Shown: positions 30,701-39,164 of the stretch, piece after piece
How the letters are laid out: the number at the start of each line of letters is the position of its first letter
How positions within the stretch are numbered: position 1 is the first letter of the stretch
Origin: Candidatus Dojkabacteria bacterium
Lineage (GTDB): Bacteria > Patescibacteriota > Dojkabacteria > SC72 > JAFGCJ01
Direction: 5' to 3'
Assembly: GCA_016932785.1 (NCBI GenBank)
Contig: JAFGCJ010000002.1
Span: 145,777 to 209,776, forward strand
Length of the DNA stretch: 64,000 nt
Program-made: the position numbers and the translations under genes
Notes under the pieces: model-generated
Told to the model about the DNA's origin: nothing
The model's database searches: none
Seen by the model: the letters and a program-made list of their open reading frames with translations, nothing else

Positions 30701-30743
30701 CGATACTTATAACAGTAATTGGATTAACGTAACGGTTGAGTAG
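27717..30743 (+). CDS. Class A penicillin-binding protein (GT51 glycosyltransferase + transpeptidase) with C-terminal Ig-like repeats
   Basis: 1008 aa. It has an N-terminal TM segment and GT51 motifs (AAEDVEFYDHKGLD, RGASTISQQLVRN). The transpeptidase motifs are SSVKP and KTGTTD. The last 186 aa form two repeat-like, Ser/Thr-rich beta-type modules. Confidence 0.9.
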   Translation: MKYRYKVTNARNSGNRITKSVHGRGSKSFKYRKIKRYSPSRKKSPAWKFGSLKKLGGPKFKKTASKVLGVFLGIGVLVTIGVSIFVGATLASIKKSLPGPNELIDWESAESTEIYDRGGPDDGELLYTIYGDQNREFVDIEEIPNETKWALLAAEDVEFYDHKGLDIPGIIKAAYQNIVLNQTRGASTISQQLVRNTLLFKILGDQAYERTLTRKAKEALITMQLEQTMTKDEILQMYMNEIPLGGTNYGYQAASKAYFGKDVSELSLAESALLAGLIQAPGAYSPLFGSNPEDAVERQHFVLDQMYEKRDYIQKTSKKHGEEIVITKEMIEEAKNEEIIYKEAELDIPAPHFVFYVKQLLIEKYGIDRVQRGGLKVTTTLDSDLQKIAEEEIKAGVNKYRAPYNVYNGGMVVIDPRTGQIMSMVGSYDYNTQDESGKIDGKVNVTTALRQMGSSVKPYTYLTAFHKGYSPALLTPDIPFNFGYKAKNWDGQYKGLMLARQALVESRNIPALYTMDLIGGPDEFIKTAETLGITTLTERDRYGLSLTLGAGEMKLLEHTAAFGAFANGGKMHPTTPFLKVETSKGEVLEEWKEEDTKQVWDEKEIYLLNWTLCDIGNQGRIFAQNYKVGDQRLCGKTGTTDGPRDLSTILYYPNLVVGVWVGNNNNAETIGSGGQAWSTTVPLPMAHSFMSRVIGRFGKAWYSRPSGIVSGSVCKDTGLLAKSGSSCSKVSSVFIQGHLPAVDNSYTEKPICKETGKVATNESEAKALGLIEYKTYLKITLPIAKHQSALDSWLSKNSKYGSITAIPDSAICPLHLGPDNAPTISFTSPSSGSTYNQGDSVNLSVSIQSLNGVSKVEYFFDGSSIGTKTSSPYSMTYDISSSAAIGSHSFTAKVTDNDGKSGQGYVSISVTSPSPTISITMTSPGDGSTISLPQTVSATIDGSYSTVSSLKFRVIGPTTKEITASSSDGGRNWSASLTGLSAGSYQIYAVAQAGGDTYNSNWINVTVE

Positions 30744-30744
30744 A

Positions 30745-33207
30745 CTAACCGTCTAGCTTACCTTTAACAGCTCTCTCAATATTCTTTATTATTTTCTCGC
30801 GTAATGTATCAATATCGTCTTCCTTAAGTGTTTTCTTGTTACTCTGCATTGTTACAGTAACCGTCGTCTTTTTCTTTCCTGAATTTTTCTTATCAATATA
30901 TATGTCCTTACAGGTAACACTGCGTACCAGATTATCCTTACTTTCAATCCCCAGAATTGCTTCACGAATTGCCTTATACTGAACGTCAGAATCAGTAATA
31001 AAGCAGAAATCATGTTCCACAGATGGGTACCTTGACGGTTCAATGTAATCAGGAAAATCCTGTATATATTGATTAATACCGTCCAATCTAATCTCGAAGG
31101 CACTTGTTCCCTCAGGCACATTCATCTCTCCTGTTGTATCAAAGTCAACCTGTCCAATAATCCCGGCGAGATCTCCTTCGACATAAACAAACGCCGTTCT
31201 ACCAGGATGATAAGAATTCAAAGCATATTCAATCCACTCCGGCATCTTTCCTGGAGTTGCCTTTCCAAGCTGTTCAAAATCCCAGCTGGAAATATTCAAT
31301 GCCTTCAACAAAGACTCAAGATAAAGCTTTGCATGATAAAAAGATTCCGAATGAGCCAAGCACAGATGAACAGGTTCCTCTGGCAGCTGACCTTTTGGCA
31401 ACTTCTTGCCGTGGACCATATCTATTTCAAAAAGTGTGACCTCTTGCCTATTCTTAAAATTCAAGGCAACCTTTTCCAACACAGAAGGAAGAAGAACTGG
31501 ACGCATGTACTCAAGATCAGGAGAAAGAGCATTGACCAATCTATAATATCCTTCTAGCCCTAGACCACACTTTTTATACAAATCTTCTCCTACAAACGCG
31601 TATGTATAAATCTCGTTAGCGCCAAGACTCTTTAGAGCGTCTTTCACTCTGATTCTTTTTTCTCGTGTTTTGTTATGAGATACAGGATGGATTTTTCTTG
31701 TAGGTAAAGTGGTTTCCAACCTATCGTAGCCATAAATCCTAACGATCTCCTCAGCTATATCTTCTGGTATATTCAAATCTTTTCTAAACGTCGGAATCCT
31801 GACCGAGAAAATCTTCGACTTTTCGTCTTGATCCACAGCCAGGCACAATCTATGAAGGATATCTTTCATTTCCTTATCAGAAATATCCGCTCCGATTCGT
31901 TTTCTTAAGTAGTCAGGATCAACAGAAACAGAGTGCTCTTTTACCGGTTCCTTATAATCATCATAGATTTGCGAGGCTAGAGTACCCCCAGAAAGCTCCT
32001 CTATCATCTGTATTCCCTTATACAAAACAGGCTCACAAAGGTTAGGATCAAGTCCCTTGGAAAATCGTGTCACAGCCTCAGAGAAGATACCAGTCTTCAT
32101 AGATGTTCTGCGAATATTGTACATGTCAAGATTTTCTACCTGAAAAACAACTTTTCTTGTATCATCAGAAATTTCAGTATCTTTTCCTCCCATGACTCCC
32201 GCTATACCGATAGGATTTGCACTATCAGCGATAACAATGGTGTCATCATAAAGTTCCACAAGTTGACCATCTATTGTTGTGATTTTCTCACCTGCTTTAG
32301 CCAATCTTATAACAATATTTACTCCGTCTTTGAAGCCTGGGTCCTTAGTAGTTATTTTATCGTAATCAAATGCATGATTAGGCTGTCCCACCTCAAGCAT
32401 AAGATAATTAGAAATATCGACTATATTATTCACAGGATGTATTCCCATCTTGGAGAGACGTATCTGCATCCATTTAGGGGAAGGCTTCACATCAACATTT
32501 TCGATGACAACACAGGTATATCTTGCACATAGAGCTTCAGCATTATTTTCAAGATTTATCTTGTACTTATTTTTGGTAGCTTTGGGTTTAATAAGATCAG
32601 GGTTATACAACCACTCCGGAGGATCAAACTTTGTCGCCTGAATTGCAGATACTTCTCGAGCAATACCAACAACAGAGAAGGTATCCGGTCTATGAGTAAG
32701 AGCTTTATTCTTAATTTCAAGTATTGGGTCCACAAGATCCATAACCTGTTCAAATGCAGAACCTGTTTTGGTTTCCTGAGGCACAGTGTAAACAGTAGTA
32801 TGATCATAATTAAGGCCAATCTCCCTTCCCGAAGGAATCATACCTTCGGAATCAACACCCTTGATATTTGTTTTTTCCACCTTTACTGGGTCTCCGGTCT
32901 CGGCAGATTCCGGAACAATAAGGCCAGGCTTAAGGTAAGGTACCTTGTCGCCAACCTTAACCGGACACTTCTGTACAACAACTGTCTTTTTTGACTTCCC
33001 AACATCTATAACTAAAACCAAAAGGTTGCTGCTTTCGGGATGATCTTTAACTTCAAGAACCTTTGCCACAATAATACCTTTGTAGTTATCACCAAAATTT
33101 TCGATACTTTCAGCTTCGGTAAGAGAAACAGATACTCTCTCCTTAAGCTCTTCTGGAGGAAGCTTTATCTCTGTAAATTCTTTTACCCAATTTAGTGATA
33201 TTTTCAT
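30745..33207 (-). CDS. pheT: Phenylalanine--tRNA ligase beta subunit
   Basis: 820 aa. It begins MKISLNWVKEF and has the N-terminal tRNA-binding OB fold. The B3/4 and B5 regions and the C-terminal FDX-ACB-like domain are present. The stop of pheS overlaps its start. Confidence 0.9.
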   Translation of the reverse strand: MKISLNWVKEFTEIKLPPEELKERVSVSLTEAESIENFGDNYKGIIVAKVLEVKDHPESSNLLVLVIDVGKSKKTVVVQKCPVKVGDKVPYLKPGLIVPESAETGDPVKVEKTNIKGVDSEGMIPSGREIGLNYDHTTVYTVPQETKTGSAFEQVMDLVDPILEIKNKALTHRPDTFSVVGIAREVSAIQATKFDPPEWLYNPDLIKPKATKNKYKINLENNAEALCARYTCVVIENVDVKPSPKWMQIRLSKMGIHPVNNIVDISNYLMLEVGQPNHAFDYDKITTKDPGFKDGVNIVIRLAKAGEKITTIDGQLVELYDDTIVIADSANPIGIAGVMGGKDTEISDDTRKVVFQVENLDMYNIRRTSMKTGIFSEAVTRFSKGLDPNLCEPVLYKGIQMIEELSGGTLASQIYDDYKEPVKEHSVSVDPDYLRKRIGADISDKEMKDILHRLCLAVDQDEKSKIFSVRIPTFRKDLNIPEDIAEEIVRIYGYDRLETTLPTRKIHPVSHNKTREKRIRVKDALKSLGANEIYTYAFVGEDLYKKCGLGLEGYYRLVNALSPDLEYMRPVLLPSVLEKVALNFKNRQEVTLFEIDMVHGKKLPKGQLPEEPVHLCLAHSESFYHAKLYLESLLKALNISSWDFEQLGKATPGKMPEWIEYALNSYHPGRTAFVYVEGDLAGIIGQVDFDTTGEMNVPEGTSAFEIRLDGINQYIQDFPDYIEPSRYPSVEHDFCFITDSDVQYKAIREAILGIESKDNLVRSVTCKDIYIDKKNSGKKKTTVTVTMQSNKKTLKEDDIDTLREKIIKNIERAVKGKLDG

Positions 33208-35036
33208 TTAAACTGTTCCAGAAAATTAAGATCCCCACAATGTATCCTTCTAATATCTTCAATTTGAGCCCCAAGCATTACCAGCCTATCGAAACCAAGC
33301 CCCCATGCAAAACCAGAGTATTCTTTTGGGTCAAGACCACCTTCTCTCAACACATTTGGATGAACAGGGCCACATGGTACAAGCTCAATCCAACCGGAAT
33401 AACCGCAGAAAGGACAACCTTTTTGACCACATACAAGACACTCCACCATAAATTCAAGACCTGGCTCAACAAAAGGGAAATACGAAGGCTGTATTCTATA
33501 CTTAACGTCCTTTCCATAAAAGGCATTCATGAATTCAGATAAAGTACCAATAAGATCAGTGAGAGTAATTCCTTTGTCCACATATATACCTTCTACCTGA
33601 TAAAAGGTGTGTTCATGACTTGCATCAGTAGCTTCGTTCCTAAAACACTTACCGACAACGACCTCTCTTATGGGAGGAGGAACATTTTTCATTATCCTGT
33701 TCTGCATTGCTGAGGTATGAGTTATTGGAATAAGGCCCTCCTCAGTCCAAAAGGTGTCCCACAAATCTCTTGCAGGATGGCCCTCAGGAATATTAAGTGC
33801 CTCAAATACGTAGTAATCATTGTCCAATTGCCTGGCTTCTGTAACATGAAAGCCCATGGTTTCAAATATTTCAAGGGCCTTCTCTCCAATTTGGGTGATC
33901 GGATGTAGAGTGCCGGAACCCGAGATTAGCTTAGGCATTTTTTTAACAGGAGTGTTTGCTGCAAACGGAGCAGTAATATCTATCTGCTCTTCGGTCAGTA
34001 CCTTACCCTGCCTTTGTCTTGTCTCTCTTTTCTTTAATGTTTCTAGATTTTCCCTAACTCTACCCTCAAGAGCATGCACCTGAATTCCAAAATCGGCACG
34101 GAATTTCTTATCTTTACTTCCAATTGTCCTAAGAAGCGCCTTGACAAGACCTTTCTTCCCAAGATACTTCGTTTTAAGTTTAGAAAAACTCATATCTGTT
34201 TTGATAGAAAAATCCTTTCTCATCTGCATATAAGCATCTTTGATTTCGGGGAATTCTATCTCAACTGTTTTCTTCTTTCCCGAAGCCTTCTGAGTAGATG
34301 GCTGTATCTCAACAGAATAGTTTATCTTCAATGTGTCATCCGTTTTTTCAAGCTCACCGATCACTACCTTTCCCACCTCAGAAGTCTTCATAACCAGCGT
34401 ACCTCCATCAGGAATACCAACATTATCTCCAATTGAAACAACCCTTAATGGTTTATTCTCAGGAAGCTTAGGAGGAACCCACCGCGACTTTTTCGCAATT
34501 TCTTCGCCCGAAACAAATTCTATACTGATGTCAAGATCGGATTTAATGATTTGGGAAATTTTATCAGTTAAAGCACTCTTTAGATCAGACGGAATATCTC
34601 CCAAAACTTTATACTCCACATATGCGTTCTTTCCATGTGAACCTTTAACTGCCTTCAATAAATTTGGTGAAAGATTCATGATGAACAATGCTTCCTCAAC
34701 AAGATGACCCGCTGAATGAACAATCATATTCTTATACCTTCGGTCCCAATCTATCTCACAATTTACCTCAGCACCTTCATGAACGTCTCCAGTGACCTTC
34801 CCATAATGGATAATATCACTTCCTACAAGCTTTACTTCTTTTACATCAACCCTGCCGTCTTCTGAAGTAATAGTGCCTTGATCACAAGGCTGTCCACCTC
34901 CCTCAGGATAAAAAACTGTATCTTCCAATATAAAGCCTTGTCTACCCCCATCAACTGTAATCTCCTTAACCTTAGTGTTCAGGCTTTTTGCGTAAGCATC
35001 TTTAAGATATGTTGGAACTTGATTCATCGCAGGCAT
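33204..35036 (-). CDS. pheS: Phenylalanine--tRNA ligase alpha subunit fused to an N-terminal AlaX/tRNA_SAD-like domain
   Basis: 610 aa. The C-terminal part, about 350 aa, is canonical PheS (KYLGKKG, FRNEATDASHEHTFYQVEG, GFAWGLGFDRL). The N-terminal part, about 250 aa, resembles AlaX-type editing domains (FYPEGGGQPCDQG, HSAGHL). Confidence 0.9.
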   Translation of the reverse strand: MPAMNQVPTYLKDAYAKSLNTKVKEITVDGGRQGFILEDTVFYPEGGGQPCDQGTITSEDGRVDVKEVKLVGSDIIHYGKVTGDVHEGAEVNCEIDWDRRYKNMIVHSAGHLVEEALFIMNLSPNLLKAVKGSHGKNAYVEYKVLGDIPSDLKSALTDKISQIIKSDLDISIEFVSGEEIAKKSRWVPPKLPENKPLRVVSIGDNVGIPDGGTLVMKTSEVGKVVIGELEKTDDTLKINYSVEIQPSTQKASGKKKTVEIEFPEIKDAYMQMRKDFSIKTDMSFSKLKTKYLGKKGLVKALLRTIGSKDKKFRADFGIQVHALEGRVRENLETLKKRETRQRQGKVLTEEQIDITAPFAANTPVKKMPKLISGSGTLHPITQIGEKALEIFETMGFHVTEARQLDNDYYVFEALNIPEGHPARDLWDTFWTEEGLIPITHTSAMQNRIMKNVPPPIREVVVGKCFRNEATDASHEHTFYQVEGIYVDKGITLTDLIGTLSEFMNAFYGKDVKYRIQPSYFPFVEPGLEFMVECLVCGQKGCPFCGYSGWIELVPCGPVHPNVLREGGLDPKEYSGFAWGLGFDRLVMLGAQIEDIRRIHCGDLNFLEQFK

Positions 35037-35065
35037 AGTCTAAATTATAGCGCCTGGACCCGAAA

Positions 35066-35410
35066 TTAGGAATTGGCAAATTCAACCAATTGACTAAAGG
35101 TCTCAGGATAGATCACAGCTAATTCCGCCAACACGTGACGGTTAAGCTTTACATCTTTTTCCCTGAGATTGTGATAAAACTTTGAATAGGTTGTTCCATG
35201 TTCTCGGGCAGCAGCATTTATCCTGGAAATCCAAATCCTTCGGAAATCATTCAACCTTTTCTTTCTGTCATTATAAGAATACTGACCAGCATGAAGATAA
35301 GCCTCATGAGCAACCTTATAAAGCTTGCTTTTGGTCATTCGATAACCCTTATTGGCTTTAAGAACCTTCTTATGTCTTCTTCTTGTTACAGTTCCACCCT
35401 TAACTCTCAC
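35066..35410 (-). CDS. rplT: 50S ribosomal protein L20
   Basis: 114 aa, beginning MRVKGGTVTRRRHKKVLKANKGYR. Confidence 0.95.
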   Translation of the reverse strand: MRVKGGTVTRRRHKKVLKANKGYRMTKSKLYKVAHEAYLHAGQYSYNDRKKRLNDFRRIWISRINAAAREHGTTYSKFYHNLREKDVKLNRHVLAELAVIYPETFSQLVEFANS

Positions 35411-35411
35411 T

Positions 35412-35621
35412 TTAGCTACCGATTAACTTAGAAATTCTTTTTTCATCTGCCTTGGATACCTTGTGACTTGGAAGAACCCTATGCTTTCTTCTTGTCGTCC
35501 TTTTTGTCTTTAGATGTCCCTGTCTGCTTTTGTTGTAAAGAATCTTTGCGCCCTTTCCTCCCCTTGGCTTTGTCTTCTTGAACCTCTTTGCTGCTGTCTT
35601 GTTGGTTTTTAGCTTTGGCAT
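35412..35621 (-). CDS. rpmI: 50S ribosomal protein L35
   Basis: The internal start gives MPKLKTNKTAAKRFKKT..., 69 aa. The longer 92-aa ORF in the track has an implausible N-terminal extension. Confidence 0.9.
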   Translation of the reverse strand: MPKLKTNKTAAKRFKKTKPRGGKGAKILYNKSRQGHLKTKRTTRRKHRVLPSHKVSKADEKRISKLIGS

Positions 35622-36234
35622 AAGTTTTTTTACCTTTCTCATCGGGAGACTCAGACGACTGTGTCTTCCCGCTAAACCCTTTAAATACAATAGAAATCCG
35701 TCTTCCTTCGAAAGACGGTTTGGAATCGATAGTACTATACTCAGAAAGTGCTGTCAACAATTCGTTTAGAAGGTCCTTTGATTGTTCTACAGGTGTACGT
35801 CCCTTGCGAGTCACAGTCACTTTAACATTATGGCCCTTGTCAAGAAACTCTTTTGCACGTTTCAAAAGCCTATCTCTATCTGCAGTGTCTATAAAAGTTC
35901 CAAATCTAACCTCTTTCAACTCTTTTTGCTTATGTTTCCTGGCATTTTTCTCTTTCTTCTTCTGCTGATATATGAATTTCGACCAAGACATGATTTTGCA
36001 TACAGGAGGACTTGCTTTAGGTGCAACCTCAATCAGATCGAGATCCGCCTTCTTTGCCAAAGACATAGCCTCTTCTATGGGAACAATACCATGGTTCTCA
36101 CCTTCTGCATCAATGAGCTGAACCTCCTTGCTCCTTATGAATTCGTTCTTATTGTACTTGTGTCTCCAAGTTCCTCTAGTATAGTCACGACCTCTATTGT
36201 AGCTCCTTCTGGAATAGTATCTATTTCCCGCCAT
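35479..36234 (-). CDS. infC: Translation initiation factor IF-3 with Lys-rich C-terminal extension
   Basis: 251 aa. The core is IRSKEVQLIDAEGENHGIVPIEEAMSLAKKADLDLIEVAPKASPPVCKIM ... GRRISIVFK. The frame then stays open for about 60 more codons and overlaps rpmI out of frame. Confidence 0.85.
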   Translation of the reverse strand: MAGNRYYSRRSYNRGRDYTRGTWRHKYNKNEFIRSKEVQLIDAEGENHGIVPIEEAMSLAKKADLDLIEVAPKASPPVCKIMSWSKFIYQQKKKEKNARKHKQKELKEVRFGTFIDTADRDRLLKRAKEFLDKGHNVKVTVTRKGRTPVEQSKDLLNELLTALSEYSTIDSKPSFEGRRISIVFKGFSGKTQSSESPDEKGKKTYAKAKNQQDSSKEVQEDKAKGRKGRKDSLQQKQTGTSKDKKDDKKKA

Positions 36235-37990
36235 TTTCTTTTGTTTCTATCTCCTTTTTAATTGAAGTAATAAACTCATCCAAATCTACCATTCCGGTAT
36301 CCTTCTTACCATGAGGGCGAACGGAAACTGTACCATTTTCCTCCTCTTTATCTCCAACCACAAGAACATAGGGAATTTTTTCAATTTCTGCGTTTCTAAT
36401 TCTAGATTGCATCGTTTCACTTCTACTATCAACTGTAACAGAAATTCCGTTTTTTTCCAACCTTTGCTTGGCTTCATGAGAATATTTCTCATGTTTATCC
36501 GATATTGGGATTACTCGAACCTGTTCAGGCGCGAGCCATAGAGGAAAAACTCCCCCATAATTCTCAATCAAAATACCCAGAAACCTCTCTATTGAACCAT
36601 AAACAACCCGATGAATCATTATCGGTCTCTGTTTTTCGCCAGATTCATCGGTATACTCAAGGTTGAAATTCTCAGGTTGAGCAAAATCAAGCTGGATAGT
36701 ACCACATTGCCATGTTCTTCCCATAGAATCTGCAAGATGAAAATCAAACTTAGGTCCATAGAATGCTCCATCTCCTTCATTTATCTTCGAAACAATTCCC
36801 TCTTCCTTCAACACCTCCTTCATTATTTTCTCTGCGGTCTCCCAAACCTCATCCGATCCAATCGATTTCTCAGGTCTGGTGGACAGTTCTATATGATGAA
36901 CTTCAAGACCGAAGGTTTTGTAAAAGTCCAGACACAGATGTATAACCTCCTTAAGCTCGCTCTTAGTTTGCTCAGGAGTACAGAAAATGTGTGCATCATC
37001 CTGAGTAAATTCTCTAACTCTAAGTAAGCCGTGAGTTTCGCCGGAGCTTTCATACCTGTTTACAACACCTATTTCCCCCACTCTTAAAGGGAGTTCCTTA
37101 TATGAGTGCTGTCTTGTATTGTAGATGAGCATCCCGCCATTACAGTTCATTGGTTTTACTGCATAGTTGTAATCGTCTGAATCGAACGTTTTAGCAAGAT
37201 ATATTTTCTCTGCATAGTTATCCAAGTGGCCGCTTCTCTTCCAGACTTCCTTAGTCATTAGAACAGGCGTTCGAACCTCTACGTAACCTTTCGCATAGTG
37301 AACCTCACGCCAGTATTCGATAAGTCTATTAATAATCGCCAACCCTCTAGGATGCCAAAAAGCATTGCCAGGACTCTCCTCATGAAAAGAGAAAAGATCC
37401 ATCTGTTTACCAAGTATCCTATGATCCACTGCTTTCAATTTCTCTTGAAGTTCTACAAAATCATCTAATTCCTTCTGATTCTCAAATGCAAGAGCATAGA
37501 TTCTCTGCAACATAGGTTTGTTTTCATCACCTCTCCAATAGGCACCAGCTATTCGATCAAGTTTCACTGCACCAATCTGCCCTGTTCTCTCAAGATGAGG
37601 GCCTCTGCACATATCCATAAAATCATCACTGCCGGTAACATAGAAGCTTATCTTCTTGTCAGGAATATCTTTAAGCAAATCAGCCTTATAATTTTGGCCA
37701 GACTTCTTAAAGTATTCTTCAGTCTCTTCCCGGGACATAAATTTCTGTTCAAAAGGAAGATCTGCCTTAATTATCTTCTTCATTTCGGCTTCAATTTTCG
37801 GAAGGTCCTCTTCCTTCAGGGGACGGGGAAGATCGAAATCATAGTAGAACCCATTCTCAATGGCCGGTCCTATCCCAAGCTTGGCATCTGGAAAAAGCTT
37901 CAAAACTGCCTGCGCCATGACGTGGGATGCAGAATGTCTCATGGTCTCAAGTTTTTCTTGTTTGTTTTTGTTACCTTTTTTGTCGCTCAT
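36221..37990 (-). CDS. thrS: Threonine--tRNA ligase (no TGS domain)
   Basis: 589 aa. It has the tRNA_SAD motifs HSASH and CRGPH. Class II motifs are present (RYESSGETHGLLRVREFTQDDAH), followed by a C-terminal anticodon-binding domain. Confidence 0.95.
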   Translation of the reverse strand: MSDKKGNKNKQEKLETMRHSASHVMAQAVLKLFPDAKLGIGPAIENGFYYDFDLPRPLKEEDLPKIEAEMKKIIKADLPFEQKFMSREETEEYFKKSGQNYKADLLKDIPDKKISFYVTGSDDFMDMCRGPHLERTGQIGAVKLDRIAGAYWRGDENKPMLQRIYALAFENQKELDDFVELQEKLKAVDHRILGKQMDLFSFHEESPGNAFWHPRGLAIINRLIEYWREVHYAKGYVEVRTPVLMTKEVWKRSGHLDNYAEKIYLAKTFDSDDYNYAVKPMNCNGGMLIYNTRQHSYKELPLRVGEIGVVNRYESSGETHGLLRVREFTQDDAHIFCTPEQTKSELKEVIHLCLDFYKTFGLEVHHIELSTRPEKSIGSDEVWETAEKIMKEVLKEEGIVSKINEGDGAFYGPKFDFHLADSMGRTWQCGTIQLDFAQPENFNLEYTDESGEKQRPIMIHRVVYGSIERFLGILIENYGGVFPLWLAPEQVRVIPISDKHEKYSHEAKQRLEKNGISVTVDSRSETMQSRIRNAEIEKIPYVLVVGDKEEENGTVSVRPHGKKDTGMVDLDEFITSIKKEIETKENGGK

Positions 37991-38192
37991 ATCAATATAT
38001 ACTCAAATAAATCCTATCGGTTAATTATCCAGGGAAAATAGTTGTTTCAAAAGGATGTCGGGTAAACGACCTTAACGATGTTCTGATCTGTTTCATTTGT
38101 CTTAATGAGTTTGTACATAAAAAGATTCGTATTAAGTACTCACAAAAGCCAGTTTATCAATTCTAGAGAAAATGTCAAACAAGACCTAGGGT

Positions 38193-39116
38193 CTAGCCTA
38201 AGTCCATTTTTTTATCCCCTGATTTCTCATGAGCAGATAAATTGGCAATAATACTTGCGAGAATTATAAGTCCTCCACCAACCAAAGTAATAAACGAAGG
38301 TTTTTCGCCAAACACTATGAATCCAAATACAATGGCAAAAACAATTTCCATAGGCATCAAGAGACTACCTATTTGTGCCTCCACAAAACGAAATCCCAAG
38401 ACAATGAAGTTTGAACCTACAACATTCGTCAGCGCAAATCCGACTATGGCAAGCCAGCCCCAGTCGGGCTTGAAACTCGGAAGATCTTCTCCAACAATCA
38501 ATCCTCCAAATAACGCAATTGTAATTCCAAAGATCGCATCGATAAAAAGCATCTGAGGACTCGAATAGTTCCCAGAAATCTTCTTGGAGAAAGCTGTCCA
38601 AAAGCCAGTCAGAGACCCGCTTAGAAGCCCCATAAAGAGATATGGAAGATCATTTGTCTTTATACTAAAGGAAAATATTGTAAACAAACCAGCTACCACG
38701 AGAGCAAAAGCAACAATCTTAGCAATATTCATTTTTTCCTTGAAAAAGATCCAACCGACAAGCCAGCCTCCCATAATTGTTGCGGAATAGATAATTATAT
38801 ATGTAGTACCAATCGGAAGATGGTTAAAAACAATGAAAGAAAAAATAGTAGTACTAGTACCGCTTAGTCCCCATAAAATAAGCCACTTGATATCTGCCTT
38901 TCGAATTCTCTTCCACAGCTTCCGTGAAAGAAGCAAAGCGACTCCATAAATTAATAACAACACAATATTTCTTACCCAATTCTGTGAAAATGGACCAAAG
39001 CTTTCGCCGATAATTCTTGACCACACTCCAAACAGTCCATACGCCATGGTACTAATAAGAATAAAAGTGGAACCCCTAAAAACACCCTGAGACTTATTTT
39101 TTTGACTCGCCGACAT
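38193..39116 (-). CDS. EamA/DMT-superfamily transporter
   Basis: 307 aa with about 10 hydrophobic segments arranged as two EamA-like halves. Confidence 0.8.
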   Translation of the reverse strand: MSASQKNKSQGVFRGSTFILISTMAYGLFGVWSRIIGESFGPFSQNWVRNIVLLLIYGVALLLSRKLWKRIRKADIKWLILWGLSGTSTTIFSFIVFNHLPIGTTYIIIYSATIMGGWLVGWIFFKEKMNIAKIVAFALVVAGLFTIFSFSIKTNDLPYLFMGLLSGSLTGFWTAFSKKISGNYSSPQMLFIDAIFGITIALFGGLIVGEDLPSFKPDWGWLAIVGFALTNVVGSNFIVLGFRFVEAQIGSLLMPMEIVFAIVFGFIVFGEKPSFITLVGGGLIILASIIANLSAHEKSGDKKMDLG

Positions 39117-39164
39117 TTAGCAAGCGTAAAATTTACATAGACAAAAATCAACATAAAACCGAGC

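Noticed and set aside
35578-36261. Several plus-strand ORFs (35578-35769, 35720-35968, 35782-36261).
   Set aside because: They are antisense to infC and rpmI and have Phe/Leu/Ser-rich composition. This is typical of the reverse complement of Lys/Glu-rich genes.
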